From Ruditapes philippinarum (taxonomy: Eukaryota), in NCBI RefSeq assembly GCF_026571515.1, contig NW_026863859.1, forward strand, positions 248,001-312,000: a DNA stretch of 64,000 bases, written 5' to 3'. Shown in pieces: positions 25,566 to 39,060 of this stretch. Every line of letters begins with the position of its first letter. The first letter of the stretch is position 1. A program made the translations under genes and the position numbers. The notes beneath the pieces are model-generated. The model saw nothing but the letters and a program-made list of their open reading frames with translations, was not told the origin of the DNA and did not search any database.

Positions 25566-25729
25566 CACTTGATCGCCCTATCCGTTTGATAGGGGAATAG
25601 TGTGAAGCGTGTTAGAATAATTATGGTCTATTTATTTTATTGTGGTCTATATATTTTATTATGGTCTATATACATCATGTATTTTAATCGTTTAGTTATT
25701 CACGGCTAAATCGTATATATGTAACTCAC

Positions 25730-25873
25730 CGTTCGTATCTGCATTTTTTATCATATCTTCAACTTCTTTATGAGAGTGTTCGTGACCAAGAGCCCGTAAT
25801 ACACAACCCAGCTCTTCGCTTGAGATCTTTCCGTCATTATTTTTGTCAAACATTTCAAATGCTTGTTTTAAAT
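25730..25873 (-). CDS. Calmodulin-like gene, exon with EF1 and the start of EF2
   Basis: ttttcag|(D)LKQAFEMFDKNNDGKISSEELGCVLRALGHEHSHKEVEDMIKNADTN G|GTGAGT; 144 nt, phase 1/1. Confidence 0.95.
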
Positions 25874-26629
25874 CTGAAAACAAATAAAAATCAAGCGTCT
25901 GTGGATAAAGAAAATTTTTCAATTAAGAAGTAAAAATTTTAACAATCGACACAAATTTGTGCACGTTTCGGTTCCGTGAGGTAGATTTACAAAAAAGACG
26001 CAGAAGGCTATTCCTTTATTATTTACATTCACGTTGGTGCGACGTGAAATTCAACATACAAACAGACAAACAATAGTTTAGTGACAATTTAGTTGAATTC
26101 CTATGGGGGAAATGTAAGAGGAAGTGCGTACAAAACAAATTGTTTATGTACCGCTCGCCCAGCAGACGACCGTCAGTCGTCAGCCTCTTTTCAGGAAACC
26201 TAGTTACAACAATTACTTAAAGAAGGACAGGGAGACATATTGCGCAATAATGGCATTTATTCTTTACATAATATTATACTTGTTTCTTACATTGACATCG
26301 TTAACATTTAAGCTTTAAAATAAATACCAGCATAACGTAACGCAAATAGGTTTCACATTTCGCTCATTTCGCTAATTACAAACTTATCGCTGATCAGACA
26401 AATTTGCATATTCTAAACGCCATACCTTGAAATTAGAATCTGACCTCGATTTCATTGAAATAATTGACCTAACTTTAATGAGTAAGTGACATGACACACG
26501 TAACACATTAGTCAAACGTTCGTTAAAAAAATCAGCAGACCTATTACCATGGTAACGCTTCTGGACATTTAGAAAAAACTGTTTCTGCTTGTATTTGTTT
26601 TTTTGTTTTTTTTGTTTTTTTTTGGTTGG

Positions 26630-26868
26630 GTTTTCCGTCGCACCAACGCAGTAAAGGTCATATGACGTCTTTTCAGCTTTACTGTTGGAGGAAGACCCGT
26701 TCGTACATTATTTCAGGCATGAACGGGTACCGACCGACGTTCCGTAAGCTAGTTGGATAGCTTCCTCACATGAAAGAATCCAAAGTCCCTGTTGGGATTC
26801 AAACCCACAGTGGGGAAGTGCAAGCGGTTTGAAATCACCGACCTTAACCACTCGGCCACGGACGCCTT
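26630..26868 (-). mobile_element. tRNA-derived SINE, family 1 (second copy)
   Basis: Minus GGCGTCCGTGGCCGAGTGGTTAAGG head; body gatagcttcctcacatgaaagaatc shared with 1235-1500. Confidence 0.8.
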
Positions 26869-27395
26869 CTTTTGCTGCTGGTCATGCATTTCTTGACCTT
26901 TATCCATCGGAAGTGACGTTTTTTAATGATGGCGGGTGTGAAATATGATTGTTCTCCATTGTAACACATAAAATACAATTTTGTATGGGAAGAATTTGCA
27001 GAGAATAACAGATTGCTAAACATCATAATTAAATCAAATTCGTCTGATTACTTTGTGTTATGATGCAAGCTCCGTGCCAGACAGGTTCACATTCAAATCG
27101 AACCATTTCGGCTATTATTCATATGTTTGACGGAAATGACCGAGAAGATACGATTGGCTCACATTCCCGGTAAAATATGAGTTTTTACATGCACCGAGAA
27201 ATAATCATTTCAGTTGTCATATAAAAGATAGATGGTCTTCTTGTGGCAAATCAGTAACCTTTTTGACACTATAACAGGACTCCAAAAAATGAAAAAATGA
27301 AAAAATTTCTGAGGCTTACGGCTAGTCGTCTTTTAAAGCGTCCAAGCACGTGACTAAAACGTCATTACGTAGATTTCAAGCGCCTTTTAACTTAC

Positions 27396-27576
27396 CGTGA
27401 TCGTTGAGACCATTCGGAACACGTTGGTCATTTTTTGACTTTGCCATATTATATTCTGCTCCAGGGTCGCCACTTGAACCCGGCACCGAAACGTGAGCGT
27501 CTTTAGAATCAGAGGATTTGGAATGTTTTTTCTTGGAGCTGGGACTCAGGCGGATGAATTTTTTACACTTTGAGGA
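27396..27576 (-). CDS. Calmodulin-like gene, exon encoding the Ser/Lys-rich N-terminal extension
   Basis: tttctattttcag|SSKCKKFIRLSPSSKKKHSKSSDSKDAHVSVPGSSGDPGAEYNMAKSKNDQRVPNGLNDH G|GTAAGT; 181 nt, phase matches the next exon. Confidence 0.8.
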
Positions 27577-28226
27577 CTGAAAATAGAAATAAAATCGAGA
27601 CATTAACATAAGTTCGCAGATAGATTACACTCTTTTTTGAATACCATATTAATGAGACAAAAGTTGGAATAAATTTTGCTTAAAAGATTAGTTCTACATA
27701 AATAACTAAATTTTTGTTGCTGTGATATTTATACGTTTTATTTGGATTACAAATTTTGGTTTCTAAATTCAGTCGTCTTCTGAAATATTAAACATTATTT
27801 GTATGTAAATTACATATATAATAAAATATACATGTACATGTATGCTAATATGGCAATTGACAGGAAATAAATGCATCAACGATACGCTTATCTGTTACTA
27901 TATTTTCGGACAGCTACACTGCCACCCCTGTAAAAACTTCGACGAAAATAAACAAGATTAAAATGATGTATTATCTCAAATTTTAAAAAGGATCGGGGGG
28001 ACTATTTCTCTCTAAAAATGGTGTGACCACAGATGGGTGCCCGCACTTGATAGTAAAATCACTCTATTGTCTGTATGGTCTTATTACAGCTGTGACCCTT
28101 AATGGTTCATTTGATGGGAAAAAATCGACACATTTTTTCCATTGGTACAAAGATTTTTTTAAAGACTTTCAAGAAATCTGGTAATTAGTTCTTATTTTAA
28201 CAAACGAATAATCATTTCTTATTTAG

Positions 28227-28272
28227 ACGAACGAACGAACGGACGAACGAACGAACGAACGAACAAACAAAC
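28227..28272. repeat. (CGAA)n/(CAAA)n microsatellite
   Basis: Direct reading. Confidence 0.85.
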
Positions 28273-28879
28273 CATGATCAAATATCCATAAATTTAGTTT
28301 TAGAAAAAAAAATATAAATGTTTATCTTTTTACAGACACGTGTTAAAATTGCAGTTTGTTTACAAAAGTGACATTAAATTGTCGGTAAACATGTCGCAAA
28401 ATTAAACAAATCATAAATACACAAACATGGTATACTGTAGGCTATATATACACTTAAAGATTTATTTAAACGCGGGGAATAATAATATAGCGTATGCTAT
28501 ATATATACACTTCAAAGCGGGGTATAATAGTATATAGCACGGTCAAAGGTATTTATAAACCAAATATGTCCTTGAACAAAAAAAGAATAAAAAACTACTA
28601 TACGTCTAAATATAGTTTAAATACTTATACAAACCGAATCTCTTCAAAATAAACGCAGTAAGTTAAGCGTGTATTTATATACAAACTTACAGATAATCGG
28701 AATAATACACAGATACTCGGATATCTAGATATTTGGATATCTGAGATCAATAAATCGGACTTGTTTAATTGACCAGAATTAAGAAGGATATCTAATTTTG
28801 GACATAATTCAAATTGATCACAGGACAGAGATTGAACAAAAATACATGACGAAAACAAATAAATGATAAAAATAGCATA

Positions 28880-29040
28880 CGAAGAAGGAAATGAAAAAGA
28901 AGGAGGAGAAGAAGAAGACAAAAAAAACAAGAAGAAGAAGAAGAAGAAGAACAAGAAGGAAAATAAGATAAATGATGAACAAGGAGGAGGGGGAAAAGAA
29001 GAAGAAAATAGAATAAGAAGTAGTAGAAGAAGAAGAAATA
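28880..29040. repeat. GAA/GGA-rich purine low-complexity tract
   Basis: Direct reading; explains four overlapping spurious ORFs. Confidence 0.85.
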
Positions 29041-31180
29041 ACTGTATAGCTGACTGTTCGAGATATCATACAAATGTATCAACTAGTATATACCACGTAC
29101 GTTATCTCTGTCAAAAACAGGGTCAAATATTGACCTTGATAAATTCACCATTGTTTAAATATATTTCGGTCTGATAACTGATAACTGTTGCATAATAAAC
29201 AATTTAAACTATAAACCATACATCCCCCCCAAAAAAGAAAACAACAAACAAACAAACGAAAAAAAACAAAAAGATTGTAAAAGTTTAAAATTAGCAAAAA
29301 TAAAATGTACATATTACTAAATATTAAAATACAAAAAAGCGGTCAAAATATGCATAAATAGCGCATACTTCGTTACATTTCAGGATATAAAAAACAATAT
29401 TGACTGAAATAATAAAATTATCCTTCCAGGCATTTGGCAATTAGTGTTTCCTTTTCATAGACATTTGTTTATTCATCTGGAAGCGAGCCGCTTTAATAAA
29501 AGAACACTGCTCCAAATAAATTCTGTGCCTCGGAATAATCATTACAGAAAACAAATCGTGCCGAAGAGAACCGGGGGCTATGACGACCAAATTTAACGTT
29601 CGCTATTAAATCTCCATAAATTATTCCTTTTCCGTTTAACCGGAAAATCTGATTTTACGACCCAGTTATTTGCTATTAAGACGGATACAAATCTTATTTC
29701 TTCCTTTTACATCAGAATTGTTTTGCATGATTATTTTACGTCATCTTATCTGGTGATACATTTTTTTCTGATTCAAAATGATCAAAATATAGTATTTTCA
29801 TGTTTAGGCATACTGCATTAAATAAAAAGAACAATATGCATCGAATTGTTTTCGAATTATATCAAATACTTAACGTTGTCCTTTCGGATTACATTTTGTT
29901 TACAGATACAATTTCTTTCTCTCAAGTGACCCCACCCCGTCTCAAAAGATAAAAAAGTTTACTTCCTTATGGGGGAGGGGCGGGGGGGGGGGGGGGGGTT
30001 ACGTCGCACTGAAACGGTAGAGGAAAGTCGACTTATGACCTCCTCTCTTGTGTTTGTTAGTCCAGCGTAAAACCCAACCAAAAAACGGGATGGGCGGACA
30101 ATTTATTTAGTCAAAGGTAGGATTTAGAGACTGTCATTTGTAAATCAGAATGAAACTACCTATATCTGTATATTTAATCACTTTAACAGTTCAGACGGCG
30201 ATCAGTTAGTATATAACGTACTAGTGTACAAAGACATGGCGTAGGAATGCGAAACTTACAATTCATAGGTCAAAAATCAAGATCAAGATCAAAATATCCA
30301 AGGTTAACTATAATCTTATTAAAGGGAAAGGTAAATATAGAAATGAAAAATGAACGTCAGAAGAAGCATACTTCTATAAATAGTAAATTTGTAAAAGTAC
30401 TTGTTAATAATTATCAAGTTGAAGGAAGAAAAATGAGAATAAAGATCAACAAGACAAGGCGACGTTCACAGAACGCAGCCCCCGACACAACCCAGCCACA
30501 CCAGCAGGGCACCCAGAAGGCATCGAACTTTTTTAAACATATTTCTAAAACATGTATTTTTACACGGCAAGCTTGGGAGTAAAAAAAAATAAGTTACTTT
30601 GTTCAATTGAGATATCAAATGAAACTGATACTTTGAAAGGGTGATATTCTTTATTGATCAGTGCCTTTAATTTGGGTTTGGCACAAGTGTACATGTTTCG
30701 TCCCTTGCTAAAATGGGAAAATAATTGTTAAGGCCATACCATTTTTTTCGGTTTCTTGATGCCCCTACAAATGTTGTTTTTATATTTCGTTTTAAAGTGT
30801 TGCTTTGTTGTATAAAGTTATTTTTAGAAAATGATCAACATATCTTACTGTTAACTGCTGAAACACCATTGGCCCACCCTTCCCCTCTTTGAACACCGCA
30901 TGTATGAAGTTCAGGAGTGTCACAAAGAAACTTGTCCTTAACGTTTCACCTAAATATTTTGATTGTGAAGAAGTGATACAAAAGTAACCCCGTTACTGTT
31001 TCACAATAACTCTAAAGTTTCTTACGAAATGTTCTTTGTCTGTCATATCCAAGTTACAGTCAATGGACCCTAAACACGAGCTTAAAAGCAGACTACACTG
31101 TCTATAAGAATGACTTGATGTAAACCAAATGTATCCGCAATTTCTTATATTAATCAAATAAAGCGGTCTATAAACGCGTC

Positions 31181-31536
31181 TTAAAGACCCATTATGCCTC
31201 AGAAATGCTATCATTTTCATTTCTCAAACCTTTTTAATTTTTGGTATCTTGTAACAATTACATAAAAAATACTTATTTGACATATAGATGAATTATCTTT
31301 ACTTCTTTTGTTTAAGTACAATTACAGTGAATTAGTATTTTCTATGGAAGTCAAAATATTACTTTATTTACATTTTGCTACCATTACTACACATTACTGC
31401 ACATTCAGTGCTATCTCCCTCAACTATTAAACTTCTAACATGCTCTAAATCCATAATTAAAACATTATTTAACACATAGTAGACATTTCTAAAGAATTTG
31501 ATAAATATGAATTTCTGAGGCATAATGTGCCTTTAA
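31181..31536. mobile_element. Kolobok-like MITE, intact
   Basis: TTAA-AGACCCATTATGCCTCAGAAA ... TTTCTGAGGCATAATGTGCCT-TTAA. Confidence 0.85.
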
Positions 31537-32850
31537 ACTTTTATTATATTAAATAGCATTATATAACACATTATAAGGACACGTTCCAAAACATATATGG
31601 CATTGATCCTATAGGAAAACAAATATTTTACATTGCCTGGCCACGGTGACAATGTCATAGTATCAAATTCAGACACATTCAGTGTTTACAAGTAAACAAG
31701 TTAAGGTCAGGGGTATCAATTAACGTGCACATTGTTTCGCACGCAGATATTATCTTAAAATAATGCATTGCCAAAATTAATGGTAAACCAAAGTCCTAAA
31801 GTCAATCACAATAAAATTGTTTACACATTTTCAAAATTGATGAACTATTCTTAACTTTGTAATCTACATGTTTAATCAATATTGTCATATCAAAGGGCAG
31901 TGTAACTACGTCAACATCACGTTTGCGTTTCTTATAGTTGAGTTTGAAGTCGAACTTACACTATCATTGTCAGGTGGTAACTCTATAGCTGCACGAAACC
32001 TTATTTTTTACATTTGACCGGCTCACTACATAAAATACTGAAACATTAACGATTCTAACGTCAAACGTCCTAGACGGGATTCGAACCTACAACGGTTACT
32101 GGAAGCGAAATTACATACTCGGCCTCTGAAGATTAAGATTTATGACTGTATGATAGATTTGTGATCGGGGTTCAAAACAAAACCGTCTTTTCAACAGTAA
32201 CAGGAAACCGTTTTGTAGGCAACTAATGTTGTACAAAAAAATAATAATAAAAAGAGGAAATAAGAAGTTATGAATGCATAAATGGATGAGGACTGAAAAT
32301 AAATACCTTAACAAAACCGACTTGCCTTACTTCATCCTGTTGAGAATTATAAATGAAGTCAATTTTTTTTTCAAATTACTTTATGCAAATACGATGTAAG
32401 TAAAAAGGGGACAATGTTTGAATAACTTAACTACAAGATGATACCTGATACAGGAAAGAATATCTTTCGGATCTTTTTTATAAGAGACGAAAATAGCCTT
32501 CTGCTTCCGGAGAAAAGATGCATAATAACAATAAAAAGCGCGCGAGAGAGAGGAGAAAAAAACAGTCACTTTAAATAAAAAATTGCAGCTTTTCCCCTAA
32601 TATTTCAAATTAACAAAATTAAAGTTTTATTGCACGTAGGAGTTGTGAAATCGGAGTATTTCCTTGTGGCTCTCATTAAAATTTAAAAAAAAGTCTTAAT
32701 CACTTGAAAATTAGAAAGATGTCGAAAGAACATGTTTGAGGAATAAAATATATTGTTTTTTTTTCTTTGACAATTCCGTCCTAAGAGTTAAATTACCAGT
32801 GCAAAGCAAGACACAATCAGCGCAATACAGTCTGATCAATGCAAATTGCA

Positions 32851-33219
32851 TTAAAGGCCTATTATGCCTCATAAATGGTATCATTTTTATTTCTCAAAAC
32901 TGTTTATTTGTGGTATGGTATCTTGTTTCAGTTTCCAAAATAATACTCATTTGCTATATATACATGAACTATCTTTTGTATCTTTAGGTCTGTTGTCAAT
33001 TGGTATAATTATAGTGAATTAGTATTTTGTATGGAAGTCAAACTAATACTTTGTTTATATTTTCCTACCTTTACGATACAATACTGCACAATCAACGCTA
33101 TTTTTGTATAAAATCTAACATGCTTCTAATACATTATTTAAACAAATTATTAAACACAAATTAGACATTTATAAAGAATTAAAAAAAATATGGATTTCTG
33201 AGGCATAATGTGCCTTTAA
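32851..33219. mobile_element. Kolobok-like MITE, intact
   Basis: TTAA-AGGCCTATTATGCCTCA ... TGAGGCATAATGTGCCT-TTAA; body collinear with the 31181 copy. Confidence 0.85.
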
Positions 33220-34764
33220 ATATATACACAATATAACACTATACAATGTATATGACAATAAGAGGCTCGGCCGCCATCTACAACGCTTATTTATTGAATT
33301 GGTATTCTAACTAATGTATACATGATTTCTCAGTATAATATAATTATGCATAATATTGTATTTCCTTCTTTTATAATACATGTATTTGCATAAGGAATAC
33401 GTTATACCGTGTTGCCTGACTGACCGTCTAACAGAAATCCACCAGGAAAATATTCATTAATATCCGAGAAAATTGTTCGATTTATAACATAACCTTGATA
33501 AATGACATAATTGGGAGAAAGGAAAAACAAACACTGATATATGGTGGGTAATGTTTATAAAATTGTACTGGCGTTTCAGATAGATATGACGTCACACAAC
33601 ACGACAGTTTTCTGGTTCCCTGCTATAACGTAGTGTTAGGGGAAGGAACTCCAGACGAGGAAGGGGAAGGTCACCCCGGCGAGACTACTTAAATGGCGTT
33701 AATCAACCTACTCAAAGAAGTTCGAACGACAAAATGATTAACAGAACAACCGTCGCGTTGTGCACCGTTATTTGTCGTTCTGGTGCGTTTACATGCTTTC
33801 ATGGCGTGCTGATACGCAAAAAACAACATAAATAAGACTGCGTACTTAAATTTTTTTCTTACATACTGGTAAAGGATAAAAACTATTGCCTTTAATTAAT
33901 CAGTGAGAAAAATAATTTATTTGAATTGTCTATAAAAATGTACCTCATATAACTCGCGATCATATGCATATATATTCCAAGTGTAAAATATAACCAGTTG
34001 TTGAATTTGAACTTAACATTAAAATAAATCACTTAATCACGTATGTTATGCTGTTTATTAAACATTATCTAATAATTACACTGATAACTTGACCAAGATT
34101 TACCTGTTTATCACCGGTTTATCACCAAAAACAACGATTAAGATCTCGATAATAAAGTTCACATCAGTCACTGTATAATTGTTTTAAACAAACGAGCCAC
34201 TAAGTGCACAAGTTTCTTAAACAATAGTTGCAACCACTTTTTAAAAAATCTTATATACTGTCTTCATGGACAAGCACTCTTTTGCAAGTTAAAACATGAC
34301 ATTCTTTATTTTTAAAATGTTAGCACTGAATACCAGGTGTAATGCATTAAATAATGCTATTACAAACAATTTTTACCCAGTTTTTTCGGCAGTTTGAAGT
34401 GAGCGTTTCAACGGCATGTCATACGTCCATTTATAAATGAACAAACAGTAAATAGTCCAAAATTGGCATTTATCTATTTATCTGTTATACCTATTAAATA
34501 TCTAGTGACTTTTAAACCACTCTGTGGGGTAGATACCATCCGTTGATGACGTAAATCGTCGCGCTCCGCTAATGTTAACACTAGTTTAAGGGTAATGAGA
34601 TATTTTGTCAATCTTGAAATTGTATTTATGATTAAGGCCAAAGGATGTAACTTGAAATGTTTGTTTCTCGTTTCTCTATATTATTGAGATTGTATAAATA
34701 TGACGAGGGTTCGAACCGCACATAGAAACATTTTTTTTTTTCATGGGAAGAAAAAATTATGCTA

Positions 34765-34996
34765 TTACGACGTAGTATCTCGTGCGCACAACTTAATTAT
34801 CTTGTGGCAACGACTTAAGAACTCGTGGCTACGGCACAGTATCTCGTGCACAGGACTTTATTATCTCATGGCCACGACTTAGTAACTAGTGGCCACAACA
34901 TAGTATCTCGTGCACAGGACTTAATTTTCACGACATAGTATCTCGTGCGCACGAAATAAATATTAACACATAAATGTCACCTTTGTGCCACCGTAG
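34765..34996. repeat. ~21-bp tandem repeat with palindromic TCGTG(GC/CG)CACGA cores, possibly a transposon end
   Basis: Repeated tagtatctcgtgcgcac / tcgtggccacgact units. Confidence 0.7.
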
Positions 34997-35567
34997 TTTA
35001 ATAATGCTATGATTGAATATACAACTTAATTTTCATCTAATCTTACATCATAATCATATAAATTTGTCATTACAAGCTGCTTTTCGAATAAATCGGGCTA
35101 AAATGCACAATATGCAAGAAAAACGATCTGCGCATGGCTTCAAGACAGTATAAAATAACCAATTAACATTTATCAACGTCATAGATTCAGTGTTGCATCT
35201 CTAAATATATCAAAATGAAAGCCGGAAGGTATTATATTTTAATATTTTATCAATGAGATATTCCGCTATAACCCGTTTCATATTTCGGTATTTAAACATT
35301 CGAAGGCCGGATGAAGTGCTTTTACGAGAGTCCCCATTTTTTTAAAAGTGGATCACCCGCATTTTTAGTAAATGCAAATTTATTCCAAACAAAATGTAAA
35401 TATGTTTAGCCTTTTCTTGACCTTTTATTATGTTTAGTTTTGTTTTAAGTTTGTAAGATGTGGTGAAATAATAACTCTGATATCATCTTTAAACAATGAC
35501 CGAAAAGACAAATATTTGAATAAAATAATTGATAAGAAAATAATTGTTTTGAGATTAAGTTTCATTT

Positions 35568-35802
35568 GAGCCGCGTCATGACAAAACCAACATAGTGCGT
35601 TTGCGACCAGCATGGATCCAGACCAGCCTGCGCATCCACGCAGTCTGATCAGGATCCATGCTGTTCGCCTACAAACCCTATTACAAGTAGAGAAACTGAT
35701 AGCGAACAGCATGAATCCTGATCAGACTGCGCGGATGCGCAGGCTGGTCTGGATCCATGCTGGTCGCAAACGCACTATTTTGGTTTTGTTATGACGCGGC
35801 TC
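35568..35802. mobile_element. Hairpin MITE (Sola-like), copy 2
   Basis: Near-identical to 11606-11840; flanks ATTT/AATT. Confidence 0.9.
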
Positions 35803-38704
35803 AATTATTAATGAATCCTAGAAAAAAACGGAAGCTATATATGTGATTGTAATAAATCTCGGGGCAGAAACACTTGGACTAACTGGTGCTGGTACCATTC
35901 GAGGATATCAACTCGTGACCAGAGCAGATGCTCACACTTACGACCTCTGGATTAACCGATAGACACATATATACAGCTACACTTATATTATGTTTCAGAC
36001 TGCATACAAATGTTATTTTCTACGTAATATCAAACATCCATTCTAAGTAGTGTAAAATTATTTTCAGTTCAATGACATAAAAAAATAATATGAAATATGT
36101 AAAAATATTTTCACAGTGGGTGAACGGAATCACTTGCGAGTGTGTATGGTTTATTGCGACAAAAAATGATCAGAGTACATGTACCATTTCTTTCGAGCAC
36201 AGAAAGCACGAAAGAAATAAATGGAGTTTGTTTGGTGAGATTTGCTTTCCTTAGCAAAAAACGTTTTCAGTTAAATACAGAAACAGACGTTTTATTGATG
36301 TATTATCGATGTATTGTACTATCATAATATAAAATATACCAGATGTGTGAAGTTGGCGGCCTAGCGGCCAAAATATACCTCAATCATTAAATATACATGT
36401 ATATTTAAAAAGAAAATAAAGAAAAGAAGAAGCTACGTTTATGTACCGGTTGTAACCCTGGCAACAGAGATCATCTGCCTTGTGAATGTGTGATTTACGA
36501 ATTAATTACCATGTGTCCACAATAAATCGCATTCCATAATTAAAACGCCAGTAATCCTAAATTCGTAAAATAATTCCCTAATCATTAATTCTTCACATTG
36601 TTTACACTGTGACTACTATTTTAGCTTCTCACTGCTTTTATAGTAACATAAAATCAGAAATCCATTTCAGTTTCAATATATGTACCGTTTTACTTTACGG
36701 CATGTATTCATGATATAATGTCGTACAATTAACGTAAACGGGCAATCATTATTCCATGAGGTTTCCATCAAAGATCCCTCCTTATTATATTTTCCATTTA
36801 CAATCGTGTCATTCACAAAGCTTAATTCAATTCGTGTATCGACTTCGATTCTAAGTCAAAAATAGCTCGAGTCCGACATTGAGCGCGAGCTTTTTCAGAT
36901 ATCTGTCGTCTGCTATAAAAAGAAATCGTCTGCTGGCTCTACGATTGATCTGTTGGTTTATTCATACACAGACGACGATGTTATTATGAAAATATTCCAG
37001 CATGACATAATTTTACGATTATTGCCAACATATATGATAATTAAATCCAAAATGAACCTATTCTGAACTTTGGCATTTCACTCAAAAGAACCTAAAATGT
37101 CTTAGATCAATTTTTGTCTGTTTTCGGACAAGAAAAACTGCTTTTCAAAAATATTTCTACGTAACATTTTTCCATAACTGACTCGTTCCAAAGAAATATG
37201 GTAAAATATGTTCATGGCAGAATCTGATATGCCCTTTAGTACTTCCCGTTCCTAAATTGGTACAATTCACATTAAAAATATCCAGATCTCTTACGAGACA
37301 CAAATATTGCTAACTTGCATTAAACTGCACTTGTTGGCCCATAAAGCAAATCCATAACATCATTGATTTTCCTATGATGTCATTAACTCCCATTAAGTTT
37401 ATTATTGAAAAACATGGTACCGACCCAACCGTGAAATGCATAACAAGAAAACAGAAATACAGGTCAGCTGATGTGCACNNNNNNNNNNNNNNNNNNNNNN
37501 NNNNNNNNNNNNNNNNNNNNNNNNNNNNNNNNNNNNNNNNNNNNNNNNNNNNNNNNNNNNNNNNNNNNNNNNNNNNNNNNNNNNNNNNNNNNNNNNNNNN
37601 NNNNNNNNNNNNNNNNNNNNNNNNNNNNNNNNNNNNNNNNNNNNNNNNNNNNNNNNNNNNNNNNNNNNNNNNNNNNNNNNNNNNNNNNNNNNNNNNNNNN
37701 NNNNNNNNNNNNNNNNNNNNNNNNNNNNNNNNNNNNNNNNNNNNNNNNNNNNNNNNNNNNNNNNCATGTATAATTATGAATTTGCATATAAAGAAAAACA
37801 TGACTGCTTAAAAGACTTAAATTTAAAACAGAATTAATGTGACCAACTAAACGCTTAACAGAGAAATCAATGTGTTCTTAGTCTATCTTACTTTGGAATC
37901 GTCAAAGACGCCAAAGCAGAATAACTATATCAAATTGACTATCAAATCAGAATCAGATCGACGCGGTCGGGCTCCGTCGTAAATGCAAGATCACGCCCTT
38001 TGGGGGCGCATCAGGGTAAAATATAAATTGGCCGGCTGTCCAAGCTTCGCATAGTTTGCCCAATTACTTTCAAAAATTACTCAGTATGTTTTGACTGAAT
38101 TTCATTAAAATGCAAACTTATTAATTCCTTGTGCAAAACCGTAATTTCGCACTTTTCAGTCAGTAAACCATTCCGCAAAATTAAAAAGCATGTTTTTTTT
38201 TATTCATGCAGATTTATTTATAATTAATACATGTAATATGTATGGATATACATGCTTGCAGAATGTTAATATACATGTAATTATTCAAAGAAGGTTTCTA
38301 TTGCAGACGACATTCTCCATTTTCACCCCTCTCTTCCATTTACTATCATTTAGAATTAAATTAAGCATCATAGATATTATATTACTGCAAAATCAATTCC
38401 AAAGTTTTCCCCAGTCGTCCATATGAATTACGATATTACGATGATTTTCTATTTATAGTAACAAATTAAACGCAGTTCATTTCGCGAAAAGACATTTTAT
38501 ATCCGTATATTAAGCAGCAATTTGTATAATATACTTTTTGTTAATTGATCATTCGTGAAGACAGCTTAAACGCAAAATGACCTCAGCAAAATGTAGCATT
38601 CTAAAACTGGAACAAACGCACGTCTGACATTTTCTGTAAGACATTCTAGAATGATCATTAACAAAAGTCAGCATATTCTTAGACTAGCCCTTGCAAAAGG
38701 TATT

Positions 38705-39060
38705 TATTAGACTTTTCCATGATTATCATTTTGTGAAGAAGTCTTCAAAGCTGTTTTTCACATTTTAAGTAAAGTATTACTGAACTTTCCATGTTTATTA
38801 TTTTGTTAGGAGGTATTCTAAAACTTTCCCATGTTTATCATTATGTCGGGAGGTATTCTAAGACATTCCCATGTTTATCATGTTGTCTTGAGATATTCTT
38901 TGACTTTTCAATGTTTATCATATCTTTTCAAGACTTGCCCATGTTTATCATTATTTCAAGAGGTATCCTTAGACTTACCCATGTTTATCATTATTTCAAG
39001 AGGTATCCTTAGACTTTCTAATGTTTATCATTTTGTCAAGAGGTATTCATAGACTTTTAC
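38705..39060. repeat. 40-bp minisatellite (CATGTTTATCATTATTTCAAGAGGTATCCTTAGACTTACC)
   Basis: atgtttat recurs at 38791, 38831, 38871, 38941, 38981. Confidence 0.9.

Noticed and set aside
20857-27576. Assigning the symbol CaM/CALM
   Set aside because: The sequence is far too diverged from the near-invariant canonical calmodulin; only calmodulin-like is supported
28625-29174. Lys/Glu-rich and Phe/Ser-rich ORFs
   Set aside because: Products of the GAA/GGA low-complexity tract
35434-35794. ORFs MDPDQPAHPRSLIRIHAVR / MLFAISFSTC (also at 11556 and 55399)
   Set aside because: They lie within the palindromic MITE and recur with each copy; no transposase features
37310-37811. Long ORFs spanning N runs (also at 503, 7554 and 49154)
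   Set aside because: Artefacts of assembly gaps 569-719, 7578-7778, 37479-37764 and 49162-49538
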